Position numbers and translations under genes: made by a program. 64,000 nucleotides of DNA, from contig JADZDP010000081.1 of the NCBI GenBank assembly GCA_020850995.1, forward strand, positions 5,830 through 69,829, written 5' to 3'. Shown here piece by piece: positions 1 to 11,562 of the stretch. Numbering within the stretch: position 1 is the first letter of the stretch; the number at the start of each line of letters is the position of its first letter. The notes beneath the pieces were generated by a model that was not told where the DNA came from, made no database searches, and saw only the letters and a program-made list of their open reading frames with translations. This stretch comes from Deltaproteobacteria bacterium (GTDB lineage: Bacteria > Myxococcota > UBA727 > VGSZ01).

Positions 1-627
1 TTCGCATGTGTTCTCGCCGCCCCAACCAGCATGATGCTCGCGGCAGGTGCCGAGCCGCTTCTGCGTGCTTGGACCGGGGATGCGACGGCAGCAGCAGCCG
101 CGGCACCGACCCTTGTGCCGTACGCCCTCGGTAACGGCGTGCTCGCCATCGCGGGTCTCCCCTATCAGCTGCAGTACGCCCGAGGGCAGCTTCGGCTCCA
201 CAACGTCAGTAACGTGTTGCTGCTCGTGCTCCTGGTTCCCGCTCTGTTGCTCGGGGCGCTCCGCTACGGCGGGCCGGGCGCGGGGGTTGCGTGGCTCGTA
301 CTGCAGCTTGCCTATCTGCTGTTCTGGACCCCAATCGTGCACCGTCGCTTCGCTCCAGGGGTTCACGCCCGCTGGCTTGCATTCGACCTCGCTCCCATCC
401 TCCTGCTCGCGGCCGTCGGGACCTGGTTGTCCCTCAGGTTATTGTCCACGGTGGGCCTGCCGGCCGGCCGCCCCGCGCTGTTGTTCGCGCTGGCGTGCGC
501 CGGCGTGCTTCCTCTCGCCGCCGCGGTCGTGGCGTCGTCGGCGTGTCGCGAGGCCGCGAGCCTGTGGTTCGCGCGTTGGCGCCACCAAGCCCGTAACGAT
601 GCTACTCAGGGCCCTGGAGCTCCGTGA
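1..627 (+). CDS. C-terminal part of a polysaccharide biosynthesis/export membrane protein (Wzx/MOP flippase-like); 5' end lies outside the window
   Basis: Reading frame is open from nt 1 with no stop until TGA 625-627. Translation is hydrophobic with multiple predicted TM segments. The stop overlaps the next gene start (GTGATG). Confidence 0.5.
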   Translation, partial: FACVLAAPTSMMLAAGAEPLLRAWTGDATAAAAAAPTLVPYALGNGVLAIAGLPYQLQYARGQLRLHNVSNVLLLVLLVPALLLGALRYGGPGAGVAWLVLQLAYLLFWTPIVHRRFAPGVHARWLAFDLAPILLLAAVGTWLSLRLLSTVGLPAGRPALLFALACAGVLPLAAAVVASSACREAASLWFARWRHQARNDATQGPGAP

Positions 628-1274
628 TGCCCACCCTGGCAGGAACCCTCCGTCGTACGCGCCACCTTGCTGCGCTCGCCCGTGGCGCGGCGCGTCGGCG
701 CGCGGTTGCCAAGCGCCTTCGCGGCTTGGCGCGACCCTACAACCTCAACGTTGGCTGTGGCGACGTCAGGGTTCCGGACTTCCTCGGGATTGATGCGAAT
801 CCACGCGCGCGCGCGGTGGACTTGGTTTGGGATGCCACGCTTCCTCTCCCGCTCCCGCACGGCTCGTGCGCCCGAGTCTACAGCGAACACTTCTTGGAGC
901 ATCTGCCGCGCGACGAGGGTCGCGCGTGGCTGCGCGACTGTTATCGGGTCCTGATGCCGGGCGGGACGCTGCGCATCGCGATGCCCTCGCTCCGTCATAT
1001 CGTCGCCAAGTACTGCTCGGAGGATTGGCGTGATCAGGATTGGCTGCGGCTGCCGGAGTTCGCGCACGTTCAGACGCGTGCGCACATGATAAACCTCGCG
1101 TTTCGTGAGTGGGGCCACCAATGGCTCTACGACGACGAGGAGCTACGCTGTGCCCTCGTAGACGGAGGCTTCGCCGACGTCCAGTTCTGCCCGCGCAACG
1201 AGAGTCTCGATCCGCTGTTGCGAGGCCGCGAGACGCGAACTGAGTCGCTGCTCGTCTGCGAGGCAAGGCGATGA
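627..1274 (+). CDS. class I SAM-dependent methyltransferase
   Basis: Motif NVGCGD...LPLP...LRIAMP is typical of Methyltransf_11/23. ATG 627 (or GTG 624) overlaps the upstream stop; the stop overlaps the next start (ATGA). Confidence 0.7.
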   Translation: MPTLAGTLRRTRHLAALARGAARRRAVAKRLRGLARPYNLNVGCGDVRVPDFLGIDANPRARAVDLVWDATLPLPLPHGSCARVYSEHFLEHLPRDEGRAWLRDCYRVLMPGGTLRIAMPSLRHIVAKYCSEDWRDQDWLRLPEFAHVQTRAHMINLAFREWGHQWLYDDEELRCALVDGGFADVQFCPRNESLDPLLRGRETRTESLLVCEARR

Positions 1275-2230
1275 AAGCACCGGCAGAGGCAGATCGTCCG
1301 ACCGTCAGCGTCGCGACCATCACGTATAATCACGAGCGTTTCATTCGCGCATGCGTCGAGTCCGTGCAGCGGCAACAGGCGCTGTTTCGCATCGAGCACG
1401 TCATTGGTGACGACGCATCCCCAGATGGCACATTGTCAATACTGGATGAGCTCGCTGCCAAGTACTCCGATCGTATTCGCGTCCTGCGACATTCCGAGAA
1501 TATCGGCATGCACAGGAACGCCGACCGTACACTGCGCGCCTGCCGCGGACGGTATGTAGCTCTCCTCGAGGGCGATGATCAATTCCTCTCCGAGGATAAA
1601 CTGGCGCGACAGGTGAGTTTCCTGGAGACCCACCCGGAGTGCTCGATCTGTTTTCACCCGGTCACGATCGTCGACAACGATGGCAGGGCGCACGGCGTAT
1701 TCCCCGAGCATCAGCCCCCCATAACAACACTCGACGACCTGCTGCGCAGCAACTTCATAGGTACCCCGTCAGTCATGTACCGAGTCATGCCGAGCGTGCA
1801 GCTACCTTCATGGACCGGCATCCTGAGATCGAGTGACTGGCTCCTACACATCCTTCACGCGGAGCACGGCAAGATCGGCTTCATTGACGACGTGAGGTCA
1901 CTCTACCGCGTGCATAGCGGGGGCGCGTGGACCTCACTGGCTCCTGAGAAGCGATGGGCGTCGGAGCTCGAGATGCTCCGCCTCGTCGACATCTACCTTG
2001 GCTACCGACATCACGACGCCATCCGCGACGCGATGGCCCATCGCCATTTACTGCTCGCCAGCGCCGCCGCGGATGCACACGATCTGCGCACTGCGCGCTG
2101 GCACTGCGCGCAACTACTGCTCTTGGCTCCAAGCCGTTTACCCACGGGCCGTCGGGCGATCGTGCCACTCATCCTCCGCGTGCTCGGCGGCAGCCCCGGT
2201 CGAGGCCCGGGCGCTCGAGTTGGCGAATGA
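1271..2230 (+). CDS. family 2 glycosyltransferase
   Basis: SVATITYNHERFI...IGDDASPDGT is a GT2 N-terminal signature. ATGA overlaps on both ends. Confidence 0.8.
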   Translation: MKAPAEADRPTVSVATITYNHERFIRACVESVQRQQALFRIEHVIGDDASPDGTLSILDELAAKYSDRIRVLRHSENIGMHRNADRTLRACRGRYVALLEGDDQFLSEDKLARQVSFLETHPECSICFHPVTIVDNDGRAHGVFPEHQPPITTLDDLLRSNFIGTPSVMYRVMPSVQLPSWTGILRSSDWLLHILHAEHGKIGFIDDVRSLYRVHSGGAWTSLAPEKRWASELEMLRLVDIYLGYRHHDAIRDAMAHRHLLLASAAADAHDLRTARWHCAQLLLLAPSRLPTGRRAIVPLILRVLGGSPGRGPGARVGE

Positions 2231-3240
2231 CCAGCGTGGCACAGGTGCAACGCGGTCGTGCGAGCGAGCCAGTGCGGGTCACGGTCGTGATCCCAAACTG
2301 GAATGGCCTCGTTCATCTCGATGACTGCATGGCCGCGCTTCGGCAGCAGCGCTTTCGCGACTTCCGGGTGGTGGTCATCGACAACGCGTCCACCGACGGC
2401 AGCCTGTCGTGGCTCGCCGCCAACGCGCCAGACGCTGAGGCGGTGCGCATGTCCGAAAACGGTGGCTTCTCCGTCGCGGTCAACGAGGGGATCCGCAGGA
2501 CAGAAAGCGAGTACGTTGCACTCCTGAACAATGATACCGCTGCGGCAGAGCGCTGGCTCGAGCGGCTCGTGCAGGAGCTCGACTCGCATCCCAACTACGA
2601 CATCGCGGCCTCGCGCATGGTGTATTTCGATGCTCCTGGCGTCATCAACGCCACCGGCGACACCTTCAAGTTCAGCAAGCTCGCCATGCAAAACCGTGGG
2701 AGAGGTGACGCGGAGCGTGGCTACACCAGATCGCTGCGTGTCTTGGGGGCGTGCGCGGGCGCCGCGCTCTACCGGCGCTCGCTCTTCGACACCATCGGCT
2801 TGTTCGACGAGGACTTCTTCCTCATCCACGAAGACTCGGACCTGAACATGCGAGCGCTTCTCGCGGGTCGCAAGTGCCTCTACGTGCCAGACGCCGTGGT
2901 GCGTCACAAGGAGAATGCCTCGACCCGCAAGCACAGACGATCGGACATGCAGCACCTTGGCTGGCGGAACCAGGCAACCGTCCTCACCAAGAACCTACCG
3001 GCGCCCGTGCTCCTCCTCTGTGTTGCTCTGTGGCCGTGGGCGCTGTTCCGCACGACGGTACCGCTGCGACCGGACTATTGGGTCGCCCCCTCCGAGATCG
3101 CGCAGCGCGTCGCGCTGTTTGTGCGCGCTCAGACGGACGGGGCACGACGTGGCTTGGCAAAGCGGCACCTGCGCACGCGAGCCAACGTCGGATCGCTTAC
3201 TGTGATGCGCTGGCTGCTGCATGGGACCGGTCGCCCATGA
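2227..3240 (+). CDS. family 2 glycosyltransferase
   Basis: VTVVIPNWNGLVHLDDCMAALRQQRFRDFRVVVIDNASTDGS is a GT2 signature. ATG 2227 is in frame with the long ORF 1954..3240 and overlaps the previous TGA. Confidence 0.8.
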   Translation: MTSVAQVQRGRASEPVRVTVVIPNWNGLVHLDDCMAALRQQRFRDFRVVVIDNASTDGSLSWLAANAPDAEAVRMSENGGFSVAVNEGIRRTESEYVALLNNDTAAAERWLERLVQELDSHPNYDIAASRMVYFDAPGVINATGDTFKFSKLAMQNRGRGDAERGYTRSLRVLGACAGAALYRRSLFDTIGLFDEDFFLIHEDSDLNMRALLAGRKCLYVPDAVVRHKENASTRKHRRSDMQHLGWRNQATVLTKNLPAPVLLLCVALWPWALFRTTVPLRPDYWVAPSEIAQRVALFVRAQTDGARRGLAKRHLRTRANVGSLTVMRWLLHGTGRP

Positions 3241-4115
3241 CTGAGCGCCGCCAAGTAGTCGGGCGGCGTGCCAATGGCTCCGGTGGCCGCGTCGTCATTA
3301 TCGCCCATCACGCCGAGGGGCCGTCACCGTCGCCGCGCTTCGCACGCTTCGTTGCGGGTCTCGCCAGCAACGGCGCCACCGTGCACGTCGTCTCCACCAG
3401 CCCCCTGCGCAACGACGCGGCCGAGCGCCTGGGGCTCCCCCGCGACCAGGTGATCACCCGACCCAACGTCGGCTTCGACTTCGCTTCCTGGCGCGACGCG
3501 CTGGCACGCGGCGTCGCCCACGACGCCGACGAGCTCGTGCTCACCAACTCGTCGCTCATCGGTCCGGTCCGACCGCTCGCCGAGATCTTCGCCGAGATAG
3601 AGCAACGCCCCTGCGACTTCTGGGGCCTCACCGAGGGGCGCTCGCCCCGCCCGCACCTGCAGAGCTACTTCTTGGTCTTCCGGCGCCGCGCGCTCGAGCA
3701 CCCCGCCTTCGCCGCGTTCTTCGCCGGCGTGCGCGATCTGACCGACAAGGCGGAGGTGGTGCGCGAGTACGAGCTGACCCTGACCGAGCGCCTGTCGGCT
3801 GCCGGCCTGCGCAGCGACGTGCTGCTCCGCTACCACGACGTGCTGCGCTACGTGTGGGGCCCGCTCGCGGGCTTCCGCAACGGCGCCAACCTCACCTACC
3901 ACTTCCCGCTGGCGCTCATCGACCTCGGCTTCCCGTTCATGAAGGTTGAGGCGCTGCGTGGCGTGCGCTGGAGCGCGCGGGCCGGCCTCGTTCGACGCGT
4001 CGCCGAAGCCGCGCGACGGCGCATCTATCTGGACGCACTGGCGCGCCGGGGGGTGCCGGTCGATGACCTGGACGTGCCACCCGAGCCGCGCGGCCCCACG
4101 CTGGGCAGCGAGTGA
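3237..4115 (+). CDS. rhamnan synthesis protein F (RgpF)-like glycosyltransferase
   Basis: Sequence resembles the RgpF family (VVIIAHHAEG..., GFDFASWRDAL, NSSLIGP, YFLVFRR). ATG 3237 is in frame and overlaps the previous stop (ATGA). Confidence 0.65.
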   Translation: MTERRQVVGRRANGSGGRVVIIAHHAEGPSPSPRFARFVAGLASNGATVHVVSTSPLRNDAAERLGLPRDQVITRPNVGFDFASWRDALARGVAHDADELVLTNSSLIGPVRPLAEIFAEIEQRPCDFWGLTEGRSPRPHLQSYFLVFRRRALEHPAFAAFFAGVRDLTDKAEVVREYELTLTERLSAAGLRSDVLLRYHDVLRYVWGPLAGFRNGANLTYHFPLALIDLGFPFMKVEALRGVRWSARAGLVRRVAEAARRRIYLDALARRGVPVDDLDVPPEPRGPTLGSE

Positions 4116-5125
4116 CCGGTACCTCGATGCGCACCTCGGTCGTCCTCGTTACCTACAACGGCGCGCCCTACGTCGAGGAGCAGCTCGCCTCCATCCTCGA
4201 CCAGTCCCGCCCGCCGGACGAGCTCGTGCTTCGAGACGACGCATCCTCCGACGATACGGTCGCGCGCGCGCGGCGCCTGCTCGCGGCACGATCCATCAAC
4301 GCCACCATCGTGACGGCGCGTGAGAACGGGGGTGTTGTCGCCAACGTCGAGGCGGCGCTCGCCCTTGCCACCGGTGAGCTCATCTTCCTCGCCGACCAAG
4401 ACGACGCGTGGCATCCGACCAAGATCGAGCGCATGCTCCCGCACTTCGCCGATGGGCGCGTCGATGCGGTCTTCAGCAACGGCGACGTGGTTGACGAGGC
4501 AGGGCGCACGCTCGGCTACACGCTGTGGGACTGGTGCCGCTTCGATGCCACCGAGCAGGTTCGTTTCGCGCGGGGCGAGGCGCTGCCGGTGGTGCTGCGG
4601 CGCAACGTGGCCACCGGCGCCGCGCTCGCGATTCGGTCAAGCTTCCGCGACCGCGCCCTGCCCTTGCCACGCAGCTGCCTGCACGACGAGTGGCTCGCGC
4701 TCCTTGCCGCAGCCGGCGGCGGCTTGGCGCTCGAGCCGACGTGCCTCATCCGGTACCGGCAGCACGGCGCCAACCAGGTCGGCGCCGCTCGCCGTTCGTT
4801 GCGCGCGCGCATGCGCGACGCCCGGCGCACCGACAACGGCCGCCGGCTCGACGACCAGCTCGCGACCACCCGCGCAGCGATCGCGCGCGTCACCAAGATC
4901 CCCGGGGGCGCCGCCGCGCTGGCCCACCTGGAGGCGCGCGCACACCACCTGGAGCGTCGTCGCGCCGCCGCCGCCTTGCCGCTGGCGCAGCGCCTTGGCC
5001 CCGTGGCTCGCGAGCTCGGGCGCGGCGGCTACCAGCGCTTCGCCGACCCGCGTCACGCGCTGCGCGACCTGCTGGCACCGCGCAGCAGCTCCACGAGCCG
5101 CGGCGTCGCGACCTCGAGCGAATAG
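4112..5125 (+). CDS. family 2 glycosyltransferase (rhamnosyltransferase-like)
   Basis: SVVLVTYNGAPYVEEQLASILDQSRPPDELVLRDDASSDDT is a GT2 signature. GTG 4112 overlaps the previous TGA; an alternative ATG is at 4127. Confidence 0.75.
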   Translation: MTGTSMRTSVVLVTYNGAPYVEEQLASILDQSRPPDELVLRDDASSDDTVARARRLLAARSINATIVTARENGGVVANVEAALALATGELIFLADQDDAWHPTKIERMLPHFADGRVDAVFSNGDVVDEAGRTLGYTLWDWCRFDATEQVRFARGEALPVVLRRNVATGAALAIRSSFRDRALPLPRSCLHDEWLALLAAAGGGLALEPTCLIRYRQHGANQVGAARRSLRARMRDARRTDNGRRLDDQLATTRAAIARVTKIPGGAAALAHLEARAHHLERRRAAAALPLAQRLGPVARELGRGGYQRFADPRHALRDLLAPRSSSTSRGVATSSE

Positions 5126-6105
5126 CGCTCCTCCACGCGCGTGCGCCCGGCCGCGCCGAGCTCCGCCCGCAGCCCCGCCGAGCGCCCAAGCTCCACCAGC
5201 GCCGCCACCCACGCCTCCTCGTCCCCCGCCAGGCGCCCGACCCCGTCGACGATCGCCACGTTCACCCCCACGGGCGATGCGATCACCGGCCGCGCCGACG
5301 CCATGCATTGGATCAGCTTGTAGCCGCTCTTGCCGCGCTCCCAGGGCTCATCGGGCAAGGGCATGACGCCCACGTCGAAGCTCGCGATCAGCGCTGCCTC
5401 GCGCTCCTCGGACCATGGGTGGCACTCGGTCGCGATCCCGGGCATGGCGACGTCGGCGCCCACCACCACCAGGCGCAGCGGCACCACGCGCGCGGCCCGC
5501 GCCAACGCTGGCGCCAGCGCGCTCAGGTAGCGCGCCGTGTGCGGCGTGCCGATCCAACCCACGCGCAGCTCCGGGCCCCCCGGCGCCAGCGCGAGCGGGT
5601 AGTGGGCGAGGTCCACCACCGTCGGCACCAGCTCGACCCGACGCGCACCGGCCCGGCGCGCCTCATCGGCGACGTACGGGCTGCCGGCGCTCACCACCGC
5701 AGCGCCGCGCATGACCGCCGCGATCTTCTTGCCGAGCAGGGCGCCGATGAGCGGTGTGGTGTCGTACTTGTGAAACACGGCGTCGTCGTAGTCGACGACG
5801 TAGGGCAGCGGTGAACGTCGCTCGCCCCACGCCGGTAGATAGGGGAAGAGCTCGCCTTCGAGCCAAAGGCAGTCGTAGGCGCTCCGAGCACGCACGAGGG
5901 TGCGCAGGCGCGCCACATAGCGCGGCAGCGCGCGCGCGATCGAGCGCTGCCCGCCTCGATAGAAGCGCACAAGGTGCGCCGCGTCGAACAGGGGCGCCGG
6001 GGTGACCTCGATGCCGGCGGCCGCGAGCGCGGGGATGAACTGCAGGAAGCGCACCCTGCTCGAGGCCCCTGCGCGCCCGTACTTGGTCAGCGCCAGCACC
6101 TTCAC
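5053..6105 (-). CDS. GT4-family (GT1-fold) glycosyltransferase
   Basis: VKVLALTKYGRAGASSRVRFLQF... plus a C-terminal GT1/GT4 core. The ORF track extends to 6960, but upstream of the GTG at 6105 the frame only runs antisense to the wecA-like gene. No in-frame ATG lies nearby. Confidence 0.65.
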   Translation of the reverse strand: MKVLALTKYGRAGASSRVRFLQFIPALAAAGIEVTPAPLFDAAHLVRFYRGGQRSIARALPRYVARLRTLVRARSAYDCLWLEGELFPYLPAWGERRSPLPYVVDYDDAVFHKYDTTPLIGALLGKKIAAVMRGAAVVSAGSPYVADEARRAGARRVELVPTVVDLAHYPLALAPGGPELRVGWIGTPHTARYLSALAPALARAARVVPLRLVVVGADVAMPGIATECHPWSEEREAALIASFDVGVMPLPDEPWERGKSGYKLIQCMASARPVIASPVGVNVAIVDGVGRLAGDEEAWVAALVELGRSAGLRAELGAAGRTRVEERYSLEVATPRLVELLRGASRSRSA

Positions 6106-6153
6106 GGCCGCCCCCGTCGCCGCGCGGGCTGCGTCCCTGGTAGCGTCCCCAGG

Positions 6154-7176
6154 GTGCCGTACGCGCTCGTGCCGCTCGCCGCCGGACTGCTTGCCATGGC
6201 GCTGGCACTCTACCTCGCGCCCATCCTGATACGCGCGGCGCTGCGCTACGGCATCGTCGATCGCCCGAGCACGCCCTTGAAGGAGCACGCGGAGCCCACG
6301 CCCTACTTGGGCGGCCTGGTCGTCTTCGTTTCGTTCCTGCTCGCGCTCGCGCTCACCTTCCCTTTTGACCAGCGCGTGCTCGCCATCCTGTTGAGCGCGA
6401 GCCTGGTGGTCGCGCTCGGGCTGGTCGACGACCTCGGCACGCTGGTGCCGCGCGACAAGCTCATCGGGCAGGTGGTGGCGGCCGTGGTGTTGGTGAAGGC
6501 AGGTGTTGCGATCGAGATCGCCGCGGTGCCCTCGCCCGTCGACGAGGCGCTGAGCGTGCTGTGGTTGGTCACCTGCATGAATGCCTTCAACATCGTCGAC
6601 GTGAGCGACGGCCTCGCCACCACCGCAGGCCTGGTCGGCGCCCTGGGCGCCTTGGCCATGGCGGTGCTCAATGGCGAACGCATGATCGCGGCCATGGCAG
6701 CGAGCCTGGCGGGCGCGTGCCTTGGCTTCCTGCGCGTGAACCGGCAGCCAGCCCGCATGTACCTCGGCGACACGGGCGCCATGTTGATCGGCGCCGTGTT
6801 GGGCGCGCTCGCCATGGTCGGGCGCTACAGCGAGGCCAACTCGGTGTCGTCGTGGTTCGTGCCCCTCACCCTGTGCGCGGTGCCCTTGTTCGACCTCGCC
6901 TTGGTGGTCATCGCCCGGGTCAAGGCCAACCGCGAGATCTGGATGGGCTCGCCCGATCACTTCGCCGTGCGCTTACGCCACCACGGCGTCGCGGCGCGCA
7001 CCACCGCGCGCGCCGCGGGCGGGATTGGGCTCTTGGCCATCGCTGCCGGGGTGGGCTCCACCAAGCTCGATGACGTCGGCGCGCTGGTCGTGCTCGGCGC
7101 CATGGCGCTGCTTGCGTTGGTGCTGCTCCTGGTGCTGCTCGTGCGCTTCCCGCCCCGCCTACCGGCCACGCCATGA
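6154..7176 (+). CDS. WecA/MraY-family undecaprenyl-phosphate sugar-1-phosphate transferase (polyprenol-P priming enzyme)
   Basis: Multi-TM protein with DDLG...NAFNIVDVSDGLA and YLGDTGAMLIG motifs typical of WecA/TagO/MraY. GTG 6154 (or ATG 6196) is in frame. Confidence 0.8.
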   Translation: MPYALVPLAAGLLAMALALYLAPILIRAALRYGIVDRPSTPLKEHAEPTPYLGGLVVFVSFLLALALTFPFDQRVLAILLSASLVVALGLVDDLGTLVPRDKLIGQVVAAVVLVKAGVAIEIAAVPSPVDEALSVLWLVTCMNAFNIVDVSDGLATTAGLVGALGALAMAVLNGERMIAAMAASLAGACLGFLRVNRQPARMYLGDTGAMLIGAVLGALAMVGRYSEANSVSSWFVPLTLCAVPLFDLALVVIARVKANREIWMGSPDHFAVRLRHHGVAARTTARAAGGIGLLAIAAGVGSTKLDDVGALVVLGAMALLALVLLLVLLVRFPPRLPATP

Positions 7177-8340
7177 CTGCCGTCATCCACGTCGTCACGG
7201 CGCTCGAGCGCGGCGGCGCGCAGCGGGTCGTGCTCGAGATCGCGGCACGGCTGCACGATCCCGGGCGCCCGCAGCTCGTCATCACCGGTGCGCGCGTCGC
7301 CGGCCCGGGCTCGCTCGACGACGAGGCCGAAGCTCGGCTCCACAAGCGCCTCGTGCGTCTGCCGTCGCTTCGCGGAGCGGTAGATCCGCTCGCCGACGCC
7401 CTGGCCACCATGGAGCTCGCGCGGGCGATCGACGGCCTGCGGCGGCGCCACGGCGCGCCTGTCGTCGTCCACAGCCACTCGAGCAAGGCCGGCGTGCTGG
7501 GGCGTTTGACGGCGCGAGCGCTCCGCGGGGTCGTGTCGGTCCACACGGTGCACGGCTTCGGCCACGACGCGCTCGGCGCCCGCGCGCACGCGCTGCTGGA
7601 GGCGGTCGAGCGCGTGGCGGCCCGGGCCAGCGACGTCATTGTCTTCGTCAGCGACGCCGATCGCCTCCACGCGCAAGCGCAGGGCCTGACCGGCAGCGCG
7701 CGCGTCGAAGTCATCCGCGCTGGGGTCGACCGCGCGCGCTTCGCCGATGTGCGCACACCCGAACGACGCGCGGCCGCGCGGCGAGCGCTGGCGCTGCCCG
7801 ACGACGCCCCGGTGGCCGTGACCGTAGGCAACCTCAAGCCCCAGAAGGACCCACTGTTTCACGCCGAGGTGCTGCATGCGTGGCGCCTCGTCGACCCCAG
7901 CGCGCGGCTCGTGTTCGTCGGCGATGGTCCCCTGCGCGACGCCATGGTGGCGCGCGCGCGCGCCACCGGCGACGACGCCAACCTCCATCTGCTCGGCTTC
8001 GTCGACGACCCGCGCCCTGCGCTGGCAGCCGCCGACGTCTTCCTGCTCGCCTCCGCGTGGGAGGGGCTGCCATGCGCAGTGCTCGAGGCGACCGCGGCGG
8101 GCCTCCCGGCCGTGGTGCGCGACACCGGCTGGGCCGGCGAGCTGTCGTGGGCACGCAGCGTGAGCGCCCTGCCCCGCGACGCCTCACCGGCGCAGCTCGC
8201 CGAGCGCCTGCGCGCCGTCGTTGCCAAGCCGCCGCGCGCGACGCGCCTGCCGCGCGAGCTCACGCTCGACGGCATGCTCGAGGATCTCGGCCGCCTGTAC
8301 GACGAGCTGGTCGGCGTGCCGCGCTTCGCGCCAGGATCGT

Positions 8341-9753
<1,413 letters not shown>

Positions 9754-9756
9754 AGC

Positions 9757-11562
9757 CTACCGTGAGCCGGAGACCGCGCTCGCGTCAAGCCCGGCGATCG
9801 GTAGTCGCACCGTGAAGCGCGCGCCCCCGAGGGGGCTGTCGCCGAGCGAGATGCGCCCGCCCTGCTGCACGAGCACCTGGTGGACCGTCGCCAGGCCTAG
9901 CCCCGTGCCCTCGGGGCGTGTCGTGAAGAAGGGCTCGAAGATGCGTGCACGGATCTCGGGTGGCACGCCCGGGCCGTTGTCGTCCACGGTGACCACCGCG
10001 TCGTCGCCGTCGCTGCCAACCTGCGCGACCACGCGCTTGTCGGGGCGCTCGATGGCCTGGAGCGCCTGTGTGGCGTTGCCCACCAGGTTCCACACCACCT
10101 GCTTGAGCTGCGACGGGTCGCAGCTGGCCCAGGTCTCTGTGCCTTCCACCGACAGCGCGATGGCGCCATCGAGCCCGGCCCGCAGCGCGTCGACGGTCTC
10201 ACGTACCAGCGCGAGCAAGGGCACCGGTTCGAGCGAGGGTGGCGAAGGGCGCGCGTAGGTGAGGAACTCGGTGACCAATCCCGAGAGCCGCTCTGCCTCG
10301 CGTTGCACGATGTCGAGCATGCGCGCGCCCTCCGCGGACCCGGCGGGGGCGGACCCGGCGGGGGCGGACCCGGCGGGGGCGGTGCCGGCGGAGGTAGAGG
10401 CGGCTGCGCGCGCCGCCGCCTGGGCGTCAGCGCGCAGCAACTGCAGGCAGCCGATCATTGCGGCGAGCGGATTCCTGATCTCGTGCGCGAGGCCGGCGGC
10501 AAAGCGGCCAAGCTCTGCCAGCCGCTCGGCACGGGCGACGTCGAGCTGTAGCTGGCGCAGCTCCGTGAGGTCTTGATAGACGATGACGTGCCCGGCGACG
10601 CCCTCGAGCCCCACGAGCCGAGCTACGGTGCCACCGATGATGCGCGATCGGTCGCCGGCACCGGTGGTGCGCTCGAAGCGCGCGTTCTCCGCGGCGCCCG
10701 TGGCCGACAGCGCGGGAGCGGCGCGATCGAGGTGGTCACCCACCAGCTCGCTGGGTGAGCGGCCGAGGATGTGCGCCCCGGCTTCATTGACGTACACAAC
10801 GCGGTCCGCGCCGTCGATCGTCAGCACGCCAGACGGCAGGCTCTCCAGCACGGCCAAGTAGAGCTCTTCGAGCCGCGCCATGCGGGCACTGGTGACGTCG
10901 AGGCGCTCGCTCGCTTTCTGGAGTTGTTCGGTCAGGTACCCGCCGAGGATCGCCACCAGCACGAACGACGCGGTGTTGGTCAAGAACGAGGGCAAGACCT
11001 CGCGCAGCGTGGGCGCACGCTCCACGGCCAGCGGCAACATGACGCCGGTGATCTCGAGCGCCGCCACGATCGTGAACAGCGCGGCTGCCACCGCGGCTAG
11101 CGCCAGGGCGGCGCGACGCCCGAGCACCGCGGCGCCGTTCAGCACCGTGAGCGAGAAGGCGAACACGAACACGCTCTCGACGCCCCCGGTGATGACCACG
11201 AGCGCGGTCATCACCACGGCGTCGAACAGCAGCTGAGAGTACGCGACCGCCACGACGTGGCGGTCGCCGAGCAAGCGCAGCCACAGGGCGCCGGCCAGGA
11301 TGGCGGCGTACGACAGGGCCGCCACGATGAAGAGCCCAACGGCGGCCTGGCCGAAGAGCGAGTCGGCCGAGGTGGCGCGCAGGACGAGCGCGGTGGTGAG
11401 CAGCACCGTCGTGACCACGGCACGAAACAGCAAGAGCCACGTGAGGCGCACCGTGACCTGCGCGCGCACCCTCCCCTCGTCGCGCATGAGCGCGCCGGGG
11501 GCATCGGGCACGGCCGTGGTTTCTCGGCGCGCCCCTCCCGAAGGAGCGGTCGCGTCGGTCAC
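9757..11562 (-). CDS. pilS: membrane sensor histidine kinase, PilS-like
   Basis: About 6 N-terminal TM helices, a PAS-like region, an H-box (LAHEIRNPLAAM) and HATPase (VDDNGPGV...GTGLGL). Start is GTG 11562, abutting the pilC stop; an alternative ATG is at 11487. Confidence 0.8.
   Translation of the reverse strand: MTDATAPSGGARRETTAVPDAPGALMRDEGRVRAQVTVRLTWLLLFRAVVTTVLLTTALVLRATSADSLFGQAAVGLFIVAALSYAAILAGALWLRLLGDRHVVAVAYSQLLFDAVVMTALVVITGGVESVFVFAFSLTVLNGAAVLGRRAALALAAVAAALFTIVAALEITGVMLPLAVERAPTLREVLPSFLTNTASFVLVAILGGYLTEQLQKASERLDVTSARMARLEELYLAVLESLPSGVLTIDGADRVVYVNEAGAHILGRSPSELVGDHLDRAAPALSATGAAENARFERTTGAGDRSRIIGGTVARLVGLEGVAGHVIVYQDLTELRQLQLDVARAERLAELGRFAAGLAHEIRNPLAAMIGCLQLLRADAQAAARAAASTSAGTAPAGSAPAGSAPAGSAEGARMLDIVQREAERLSGLVTEFLTYARPSPPSLEPVPLLALVRETVDALRAGLDGAIALSVEGTETWASCDPSQLKQVVWNLVGNATQALQAIERPDKRVVAQVGSDGDDAVVTVDDNGPGVPPEIRARIFEPFFTTRPEGTGLGLATVHQVLVQQGGRISLGDSPLGGARFTVRLPIAGLDASAVSGSR
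10336..10395 (-). repeat. 15-bp tandem repeat (three exact copies plus one degenerate) inside pilS
   Basis: ggacccggcgggggc repeated three times on the plus strand. It encodes a PAGSAPAGSAPAGSA linker between the HisKA and HATPase domains. Confidence 0.7.

Noticed and set aside
1954-4115. 5' extensions of ORFs 1954..3240 and 2751..4115
   Set aside because: True starts are the in-frame ATGs at 2227 and 3237 that overlap the preceding stops (ATGA). The extensions overlap upstream genes in another frame.
4320-5814. Long ORFs 4320..5366(+), 4525..5814(+) and 4637..5308(-) overlapping the GT2 and GT4 genes
   Set aside because: Translations are low-complexity Arg/Pro/Ala-rich, as expected for out-of-frame or antisense reads of high-GC coding DNA. 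They have no domains and overlap well-supported genes.
5053-6960. 635-aa ORF-track extension of the GT4 gene
   Set aside because: Upstream of GTG 6105 the frame runs antisense to the wecA-like gene and is His/Arg-rich nonsense. Only the 3' 351 codons have glycosyltransferase signatures.
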